Positions 23,067 through 32,284 of a stretch of DNA of 41,668 bases are shown piece after piece. Origin of the DNA: Octopus sinensis. Lineage: Eukaryota. The stretch spans positions 1 through 41,668 of the forward strand of contig NW_021832608.1 in the NCBI RefSeq assembly GCF_006345805.1. The letters are read 5' to 3'. The first letter of the stretch is position 1; each line of letters opens with the position of its first letter. The translations under genes were made by a program, and so were the position numbers. The notes under the pieces are model-generated. The model was given only the letters and a program-made list of their open reading frames with translations, did no database searches and was not told the origin of the DNA.

Positions 23067-24775
23067 TTAGATATGTTTCGACCAAAGATTGGTCCAGGAC
23101 ATGTCTAACTTAATAGCACCACCTGATAGGATTATTCGAATCCTGTTTAAGTCAAGTTTTGTTCAAGTAGTGAGTTCTTGTTGGGTGAGTTGTATCCAGT
23201 TTTGTTCAAGTAGTGAGTTCTTGTTGGGTGAGTTGTATCCAGTTTTGTTCAAGTAGCGAGTTCTTGTTGGGTGACTTGTATCCAATTATGGGTGGCTTAT
23301 CTGGTATTCTTTGAAGGAATCTATCCAGACTCTGTTTAAAGTTGATGGGATCCTTTTCCTCTTTGATCTCTCTCGGGACAATGTTAAATAGGGCAGGGCC
23401 TGTTGAGGAAAAGAAATTATGTTGCAGTGTACATGTATGTTGTGATCTTGAATTGGGCAGGGGACGTATAGCCCGTGGTCCAAGTCTTGGATGAACCTTG
23501 AAGCTAATGTTTAGGTCGTTTGGGCATAGTTGGCGGTATATTTTCCACATCGTACAAATGATGTACCGCTCACGCTGGAGGGAGTAAAGTTTCAAGGCTT
23601 TAAGGCAATCCCAATAATCGAGAGCAGCCATGCCTTCAATTCGTTTAGTGAGTGCCCTCTGGGGTGACTCAATTCTGGAGATGTTTAGTCTTGTTTGAGG
23701 AGACCACAGTGGGCAGCAGTATTCAAGGTGTGGCCGTACAAAGGAGGAAAAAAGTGGTATGATGACACCTTGTTCTCTGGACCGGAAAGTTCTTAAGATC
23801 CAGGAACTCATCCTACGAGCTATATCGACCTTCTTGTTTGATGTGTGCACTCCAACTGTGATGGTCATCAACAATTACACCCAGTTCTCTGATATTGTTA
23901 GAGTCTGTGAGCGGTTCCCCTGAAGGAAGAGAGTATGGCTGTTTTAGTGAGGAGTTTCTTCCAAAATGCATCAGCTCAAATTTTCCCTCGTTTAGTTGTA
24001 TTTTGTTTCTGTTTGCCCATTGACTCACAGCATATAGATCAGACTGGAGTTGAGTTCGGTCTGCTTCTTCATTGACGATTTACTGGAGCTTGGTGTCATC
24101 AGCAAATATTTTCACTTTGCAGTAATGTACGACACTGGAAAGGTCGTTTATGTAGATTATGAAGAGTAGCGGACCCAAGACAGTCCCCTGGGGGTCACCG
24201 CTGGTGGTGACTTTTGCTGGGCTTGAGTGGACTCCATCAACTACAACATGTGTTGTATTCGCCAGGAAATACTTGATCCAGTGTAGAACTTCAATGTGGT
24301 GTAAGAGCTGTGTTAGACAGTCCCTGCCACAGCGAAAGCCATGCTGTTTTGCATTTAGGAGTTTGTGGGTCTCCAGGAAGTCAGCCATCCTTGATCTTAA
24401 CACTCTTTCAAACACTTTGATGATGTGGGAGGTGAGTGAGATTGGGCGATAGTTGAGTGCGAGGGATCTGTTTCCCTGTTTGAAAACCGGGATGACTGAC
24501 TGGGATAGAAACTGTTTTGGTATATAACCTGCATGTAACGAATTTCTCCAGAGGTTGGTCAGTGGGACTGCAAGTTGGTGTTTACATTCCTTCAGGAGAC
24601 TAACGGGGAATCCTATCAGGGCCTACAGCAGAGTAGTATTTGACCTCATTTATTGCTGCTACGATGTCAGTGGGAGTGAAGGTTGTCTGCAATTTTGTGT
24701 TGGGAGTCAACTTCGTTCGCTTCTCTTACGTCAATATCAGTGGGAACACTAAAGACAGCAGTATTGTTTTTGCAA
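23067..24775 (-). mobile_element. CR1/L2-group LINE, 5'-truncated RT with 3' end, frameshifted and internally deleted
   Basis: SAVGPDRIP..LLKEC..NYRPISLTSHIIKVFERV..QHGFRCGRDCLTQLL..SGDPQGTVLGPLLFIIYINDL..IFADDTK..ELGVIVD..FVRPHLEYCCPLWSP..SLQRERY..WKI..FKQSLDRFLQRIPDKP. Both flanks are (TA)n. Confidence 0.9.
23161..23285. repeat. 43-bp unit triplicated at the CR1 ORF end
   Basis: gttcaagtagtgagttcttgttgggtgagttgtatccagtttt repeated about 3 times; the third copy has substitutions. Confidence 0.95.
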
Positions 24776-25394
24776 TATATATATATATAGAGAGAAACAT
24801 GTATATACATATAGATATTTATATATATGTATATGTGTGTATGTTTCGGTGTCCCCAAAACCGCTTGACAACCAATGCCGGTGTTTTTTACACTCCATTA
24901 ACTTATCCGTTCGGGAAAAGAAGACCAACAGAATAAATACTAGACTGACGTAGATAAAAGTCCTAGTGTCGATTTGCTCTAGAAAAGGCCGTGCTCTAGC
25001 AGTGGCACAGTGAAATGACTAAACAAGGAAAAGAGTAAAAGTGTATGCGGTACATCTGAACATTATATTGTAGAGTTAATTAGCTTCCATAATACATTTT
25101 GATAATAGTCATGTATTTAAATGTAAGGGAGGTAACTTTTGAAGATTTTTAAAGTTATCCCCCTTTGTAGAGTTACCCCCATTGAACTTTACAATTTAAT
25201 AATACATAATAGTTATTTAATTAGATGTAAGGGAGGTGACTCTGAAAGATTTTTTAGTTATCTCCCTTTCTAGAGTTACTCCCCTTCTATATTATTATTA
25301 ACTTATAACGTGAAGGTAAGTAACTATACGAGGAAGATAGCTCTAAAATCTTCCCGAGTTCCCTTATATCTAATTAAATTACTTTTACTCTTAT

Positions 25395-25714
25395 ACTTGT
25401 TTCAGTCATTTGACTGCGGCCATGCTGGAGCACCACCTTTTAGTACTTATTCTATCGGTCTCTTTTGTCGAACCGCTAAGTGACGGGGACCTAAATACAC
25501 CAGCATCGGTTGTCAAGCGATGCTAGGGGGACAAACACACACACATTACATATACATACGACAGGCTTCCTTCAGTTTCCGTCTACCAAATCCACTAACA
25601 AGGCATTGGTCGGCCCGGGGCTATAGCAGGAGACACTTGCCCAAGATGCCACGCAATTGGACTGAACCCGGAACTATGTGGTTGGTTAGCAAGCTACTTA
25701 CCACTGCTGCGCCT
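25395..25714 (-). mobile_element. Composite SINE (tRNA-derived head 25558-25714 plus second-family tail)
   Basis: Minus strand AGGCGCAGCAGTGGTAAGTAGCTTGC..CCGGGTTCAGTCC..GGGCAAGTGTC..GACGGAAACTGAAGGAAGCC; plus strand ttgtttcagtcatttgactgcggccatgctggagcacc. Confidence 0.8.
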
Positions 25715-25814
25715 ATTATCTATTAAATTATATATTCTAGGGAAGTGACTCTAGAAAGGGAAATAGGTACAAGATTTTCCACAGTTACTTCCCTTACATG
25801 TAATTACATTACGA

Positions 25815-25874
25815 TTGGGGTTGGGTTGGGTTGGGTTAGGGTTAGTTTCAGGGTCGGGGTTAGGGTTGGGGTTA
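25815..25874 (+). repeat. Degenerate telomere-like (TTAGGG/TTGGG) tract
   Basis: tggggttgggttgggttgggttagggttagtttcagggtcggggttagggttggggttag. Shorter GTTAGGGTTAGGG-type bits are at ~5761, ~21596 and ~31491, all on the plus strand. Confidence 0.8.
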
Positions 25875-27378
25875 GCCTCGTTCACACATCATGCGTCCAT
25901 GGAAACAAGCCTCGTTCACACATCATGCGTCCATACAAACAAGCCTCGTTCACTCGTCATGCGTCCACACAAACAAGCCTCGGTTACCCATCATGCGTCC
26001 ATACAAACAAGCCTCGTTCACACATCATGCGTCCATACATACACGCCTCGTTCACACATCATGCGTCCACACAAACAAGCCTCGTTCACCCGTCATGCGT
26101 CCATACAAACAAGCCTCGTTCACCCGTCATGCGTCTATACAAACAAGCCTCGTTCACCCGTCATGCGTCCATACAAACAAACCTCGTTCACCCGTCATGC
26201 GTCCATACAAACAAGCCTCGTTCACCCGTCATGCGTCCATACAAACAAGCCTCGTTCACCCGTCATGCGTCCATACAAACAAGCCTCGTTCACTCGTCAT
26301 GCGTCCATACAAACAAGCCTCGTTCACCCGTCATGCGTCCATACAAACAAGCCTCGTTCACCCGTCATGCGTCCATACAAACAATCCTCGTTCACCCGTC
26401 ATGCGTCCATACAAACAATCCTCGTTCACCCGTCATGCGTCCATACAAACAAGTCTCGTTCACCCGTCATGCGTCCATACAAACAAGCCTCGTTCACACG
26501 TCATGCGTCTATACAAACGAGCCTCGTTCACACATGCGTCCATACAAACAAGCCTCGTTAACACATCATGCGTCCATACAAACAAGCCTCGTTCACCCGT
26601 CATGCGTCCATACAAACAAGCCTCGTTCACCCGTCATGCGTCCATACAAACAAGCCTCGTTCACCCGTCATGCGTCCATACAAACAAGCCTTGTTCACCC
26701 GTCATGCGTCCATTCAAACAAGCCTCGTTCACACGTCATGCGTCCATACAAACAAGCCTCGTTTACACGTCATGCGTCCATACAAAAAAGCCTCGTTCAC
26801 ACATCATGCTTCCATACAAAAAGCCTCGTTCACACATCATGCTTCCATACAAACAAGCCTCGTTCACACATCATGCGTCTATACAAACAAGCCTCGTTCA
26901 CCGTCATGCGTCTATACAAACAAGCCTCGTTCACCGTCATGCGTCTATACAAACAAGCCTCGTTCACACATGCGTCTATACAAACAAGCCTCGTTCACCC
27001 GTCATGCGTCCATACAAACAATCCTCGTTCACCCGTCATGCGTCCATAGAAACAATCCTCGTTCACCCGTAATGCGTCCATACAAACAAGCCTCGTTCAC
27101 CCGTCATGTGTCTATACAAACAAGCCTCGTTCACACATGCGTCAATACAAACAAGCCTCGTTCACACATCATGCGTCCATACAAACAAGCCTCGTTCACA
27201 CATCATTCGTCCATACAAATATGCTTCGTTCACATCATGCGTCCATACAAACAAGCCTCGTTCACACATCATTCGTCCATACAAACAAGCTTCGTTCACA
27301 CATCATCGTCCATACAAACAAGCTCGTTCACAAATCATGCGTCATACACACAAGCCTCGTTCACACATGCGTCCATAC
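25874..27378. repeat. 34-bp tandem minisatellite, ~44 copies, consensus TCATGCGTCCATACAAACAAGCCTCGTTCACCCG
   Basis: Directly visible. The ORF-track period of 34 aa equals 3 units. It is most homogeneous in the centre and degenerate at the right edge. Confidence 0.97.
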
Positions 27379-27391
27379 ATGATTTTCATAC

Positions 27392-27526
27392 ATTCAGGGC
27401 TTTTAATTCAGGGACAGGTAATTCAGGGGCACGTAATTCATGGGATGGTAATTCAGGGGCAGGTATTAACATGTAATTGAGGAAGTACTTCAGGGGCATG
27501 TAATTCAGGGGCATGTAATTCAGGGT
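27392..27526. repeat. Short (~9 monomer) array of the 15-bp satellite
   Basis: ttcagggacaggtaattcaggggcacgtaatt..caggggcatgtaattcaggggcatgtaattcagggttag, directly after the 34-bp array. Confidence 0.9.
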
Positions 27527-27724
27527 TAGTGAGTGTGTAACTATTCATTTCTATTTGTGTCTGTGTGTGTGCATGCAGTACGTATAACTGTTCTAATTTC
27601 TGTGTTTGACGCGTGTTGAGTGTGAATATGTATCTGTATTTTTATTGTGTTTGTATGTGAGTGTGTGGTCCTGAGTAGTTTTTTCAGTGTTTGTTTAGGA
27701 TATATATATATATATATAATATAT

Positions 27725-28285
27725 CATATAATTAATTAATAATAGTAGATACTAATTTAAAGTATATCTATTCACACCAATGCCTAGTTCGAGACCTGGT
27801 ATAATATTTTATAATATATTATAATATTTTTACAAATATGCGTGGTCACTATATGGCTCACTCTAGCACCAGTTAATCAAGGTTTCAAACACATACGTTC
27901 ATGAAATCATTTGTTTTCATAAAATTTGCTTAGTTCAGAATTATAACGTCGATGTAATCAATTGCACAGCGATCGTATGGTAAAATATCATGAGTGGATT
28001 TCATCCAGATATTCTGAGGAGACAAGTGGAGTAAGTAATATTACATTAATTCATAATAGCGATTGTATAATCTGTAAGTTATTTATTTGTGTGTGAGCTC
28101 ATCGTACTTTATGGGATGTATTTTGTGGTTGACCGATAACTGGTGCAGTGAGCATATAGTGACCATCTTATATTTATGTTATATAATATATTCTATTGTC
28201 CAGGTTTAGCATGCCACTTGGTGTAGTAGATATACTATTAAATTAGTATCTAATTCTCTCACCCATTATTAATTATAATTATGCT
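27725..28285. mobile_element. Foldback/MITE-like element with ~150-bp imperfect terminal inverted repeats
   Basis: The left arm (tagatactaatttaaagtatatcta..acctgg..tggtcactatatggctcactctagcaccagtta; ~27725-27880) aligns with the reverse complement of ~28135-28285 (taactggtgcagtgagcatatagtgacca..ccaggt..tagatatactattaaattagtatcta). Confidence 0.75.
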
Positions 28286-28554
28286 GTATTTCTAAATCTG
28301 TATTTGTTTGTGATTTGGCGCGTGTAGTTGCATTTAATTATACGTGTAATCTGAGTATTTATCGTTATGTAATCTCGTGTGATTGAGTGGATTTCATGAT
28401 AGTTTGTAGTCAAGTGGATTTTTTTGTAGTAATATTATTTAATTCATTATGATTGTATAATATGTATTTTTTATTTGTGTCCGTATGTGAGTATGTGATT
28501 TCATATGTATTTTTATGTTAATTTTGGATTATGTGTAGTAGATATATAATCTTA

Positions 28555-28589
<35 letters not shown>

Positions 28590-28598
28590 GTTTAGGAG

Positions 28599-28636
<38 letters not shown>

Positions 28637-29454
28637 GGATGGCCATAATGGGACATCCGACTCACTAGAGAGAGCAGTTAAACTCCAAAAAATCGTAAAA
28701 GTGTGTCATATCTGAATAATATAATTGAGAGTTACTCCCCTCGCATATTATAATTTAACGAAAGTAATTAAATTACATTTACGGAAAGTAACTCTGGAAG
28801 ATGTTATCTAGTTATCTCCCTTCCGAGAGTTAATTTCCTAAAATATAATTTTATTATTGTTAAAATATAATATTCAAGGGAAGTAACTGTTAGAAGATAC
28901 TGTGTAGTTATCTCCCTTAAGTATGTAGTTATCGTAATATACACTTTGTCGCTCTTAGACTCTTTCAGTTAATTCACTGTGACCATGGTGGAGCACCGCC
29001 TTTAGTGAAGCAAATCAACCACAGGAATTATTATTTGTAAGCCTATTACTTAATGTATAGGTCTCTTTTGCAGAACCGATAAGTTACTGCGTTTTCATTT
29101 CTGTGTGTGTTTGTGCGTATGTGAGTGTGTGAGAGTTTGGATGTGTAATTGTGTCTTTTTCGTTGCTATATGTGTGTGTGTGTTTGTGCGTGTGTAGGTA
29201 TGTAACTGTTTTCATTTCAGTGTTTGTGTATGTGTGAATGATTTTATTTCTGTGTGTAAGTGTGTGTGAGCCTCTTTGTGTTTTTATTCGTTTGTGTGTG
29301 TGCGACAATTACAGCTACAACAAACACTTTAAGCATCTCTAAGATACCCACATTTGTATATCCCTAATTTCTAAATGAAAAGAAGTTCAATTTATTGCAC
29401 CTTTAGCGACTTCAGATTTGCGAGTGTTAAGCACCCCGTATATACATACCTTGA

Positions 29455-29715
29455 TCGGCCATAATTGGCCTCATTCGGAGATCTCTCGGGTGTGGAATAT
29501 TTATGACTATAGAAGTTAACTTGTTACAGGTTTTGTTTTTGGCTCAACTTTTGTAGATTTTGGGAAGTCCATAGATGTTACTGGCTTTGCAGTCAAATCT
29601 AGTCAAGCAATTTGTCTCCTTGTTTGTTAAACCGTGTTGGAACTGGTGGATAAGAGTAGACAGTTTGGTCATTATCTTCGATTGACTGTAGTTGTTGATG
29701 CTTTTAACCGATACA
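29455..29715 (-). mobile_element. Penelope-like RT N-terminal fragment (copy 1)
   Basis: ..KIMTKL..LT...TNCLT.F....SNIYGLPKIYKS..PHPRDLRMRPIMA, matching the PLE motif SNFYGLPKIHK..P.DL..RPI.A. Confidence 0.75.
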
Positions 29716-29833
29716 GGTGTGTTTTACTCCCTGTATTTTAGCGGTTCGGCAAAAGAGAACAAGTTAGAATAAATACTAGGCTTACAAAGAATATGTGCTG
29801 CGGACGATGTGCTCGATTAAAGGCGGCGCTCCA

Positions 29834-29876
<43 letters not shown>

Positions 29877-32059
29877 CAGATATACGTATATATACCCACA
29901 CACGCATATATATATAATCTAAAACAAAAATGAAACTTGATTATGTCCGAAGAGTAGTACTAGATAACATTATTACTTATTACTTATATTTGTGGGGTGT
30001 AGTGAAATGTAAATGATTAGCTGGTCAATATTTATTTGACGTGTGGGTGTTTGTGCGTGTGTGAGGACAGTCCACCCATACCCAAGATTGTTGCGTTGTC
30101 TTATGGGACCCAGCCGCGAAAGTTCCAGACCCCATTAATGAACTCATTTGCATATCAACAATTAGGGCTCACATTGAAGTTGTCCGGTTAACAAACAGTA
30201 GTGTCTGAATGGGAATTAGCTTGCTTACCTAACAATTACTTCCGAGTTCAGTCCCACTGAGTGGCACGTTAGGCAAATGTCTTCTACTAGCATATAGGCT
30301 CGAGGCGATAACTGTCTCGAGTCTATATGATATTACTTTTCCAAATCCACCACTCTCGCGTGGTTTTCTCAGCAGTAAATATAAACTAGATAGATATTTA
30401 TATATATGTTTCTGTGTCCCCAAAACCGCTTGACAACTGATGCTGGTCTTTTTACACCCCAGTAACTTCGGGAAAAGACGACCAATAAATAATATTCTAG
30501 GCTGTCATAGAGTAAGTCCTAGTGTCGATTTGCTCTAGAAAAGCGTTAAAGGGTGTGTGTCACGTCTGAATTATATATTCTAGAGCTATTTCTCTCGCAT
30601 ATTATAATTTAATAAAAGTAAAATAATTATATGTAAGGAAAGTAACTCTGGAAGATGTTATCTAGTTATCTCCCTTCCGAGAGTTAATATCCTAAAATAT
30701 TTTATTATTGTTAAAATATAATATTCAAGGGAAGTAACTGTAGAAGATACTCTGTAGTTATCTCCCTTAAGTATGTAGTTATCTCCCTTAAGTATGTAGT
30801 TATCGTAATATACACTTTGTCGCTCTTATACTCTTTCAGTTATTTCACTGTGACCATGGTGGAGCACCGCCTTTAGTCAAGCAAATCAACCCCAGCAATT
30901 ATTCTTTGTATGCCTATTACTTAACGTATAGGTCTCTTTTGCAGAACCGATAAGTTACGGGGACGTAATGTTCGATGTACTGATTTAGTAGGTATTTATT
31001 TATTGTAAGAACTTCAATTATCATAAATTATGGGCTAGGAAAAATACTAGAAACTTTTTTGATAGACCTATTGGGGCTCCTTGTGTGTGTGGGACTGTTT
31101 TTATTTATGTGAGTATGGGTATTTTCATTTCAGTGGTTGTTTGTGTGTGTGTGAGAGTGTTTTTATTTCTGTGTGCGCGAGTGTGTGAGCGACTGAGTGT
31201 TTCTATTTGTTTGTGTGTGTGCGACACTTACAAATGCAACAAGCACTTTGACCATTTCTAAGATACCCACATTTGAGATCACTAACTACTAAATCAAAAT
31301 AAGTTCAATTTATTGCACCTTTAGTGACTTCAGATGTTGCTCATATTTTTCCCATGTGTCGACAACGTATTAATTTCACAAGTGGATAAAAGAAATTCTC
31401 ATACTGGCGTGGAGGGGGCTGATATTCTAACTGCGAGTGCAAAGCACCCAATGCCCCTTTACATTCTGAATAACTTGTATGTTTGTGCTAGTTAGGGTTA
31501 GGGTTTATGTGTGAGTGTGTAACTGTGTTTTCATTTCTGTGTGGGTGCTTATGTTTGTGTGTATGTGTGTTTGTGCGTATGTTAATGTGTTAGAGTTTGG
31601 ATGTGTTACCGTATTTTCCATTTGTATTTGTGTGTCTGTGTTTGTGCATGTGTAGGTATGTAACTTTTCATTTCTGTGTTTGTCCGCGTGTTTGAGTGTG
31701 TGAATATGTATCTGTATTTTTATTTTTTGTGCGTATGTGAGTGTTTTTGTGAGAATTTTTTTTTCAGTGTTTGTGTGCGTGGGACTTTTTATATGTGTGT
31801 GTGTTGCTATTTTCATTTCAGTGTCTGTGTTTGTGTGAATGTTTTTATTTTTGTGTGTACGTGTGTGTGAGCGACTGTGTTTTTATTCGTTTGTTTGTGC
31901 GACGATTACAGCTACAGCAGACACTTTAAGCATCTCCAAGATACCCACATTTGCAGATCCCTAAGTTCTAAATGAAAAGAAGTTCAATTTATTGCACCTT
32001 TAGCGACTTCAGATTTGCGAGTGTTAAGCACCCAATGCCTCCCGTATCTACATACCTGG

Positions 32060-32281
32060 ATTGGCCATAATTGGCCTCATTCGGATATCTCTCGGGTGTG
32101 GAATATTTATAACTATAGAAGTTAACTTGTTACAGGTTTTGTTTATGGCTTACCTTTTGTAGATTTTGGGAAGTTCATAGATGTTACTGGCTTTGCAGTG
32201 AAATCTAGTCAAGCAATTTGTCTCCTTTTTTGTTAAATCGTGTTGGAACTGGTGGATAAAAGTAGACAGTTTGGTCATTAC
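32060..32281 (-). mobile_element. Penelope-like RT N-terminal fragment (copy 2), 5'-truncated at the satellite junction
   Basis: MTKLSTFIHQFQHDLTKKETNCLTRFHCKASNIYELPKIYKR*..PHPRDIRMRPIMA; a duplicate of 29455-29690. Confidence 0.75.
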
Positions 32282-32284
32282 CTT

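Larger units (their letters stand above)
17450..32280. repeat. Mosaic macro-repeat / local segmental duplications built from reshuffled modules
   Basis: 17455-19180 ~ 19885-21415; 20730-22030 ~ 30575-31925; 18420-18870 ~ 28630-29085; 29295-29690 ~ 31885-32280; 19370-19545 ~ 22305-22470 ~ 29870-29935; 24840-24990 ~ 30405-30545. The landmark gcgac.(c/a)ttaca.ctaca.caaacact occurs about 6 times (~19089, 21322, 22003, 29302, 31221, 31899). Confidence 0.9.

Noticed and set aside
23067-23108. Hammerhead ribozyme at the CR1 3' end (..GGTCGAAAC)
   Set aside because: The CUGANGA core is absent (only CCTG precedes the stem), and no stem III cleavage triplet geometry is evident.
25874-27378. CRISPR array or loxP/FRT-like sites (34-bp unit)
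   Set aside because: Units are directly adjacent with no unique spacers and no 13-8-13 palindrome; the context is eukaryotic.
25745-27480. 434-aa and 393-aa ORFs as genes
   Set aside because: They consist only of the stop-free 34-bp repeat read in rotating frames, plus telomere-like sequence. Kept only as a low-probability translation question in the findings.
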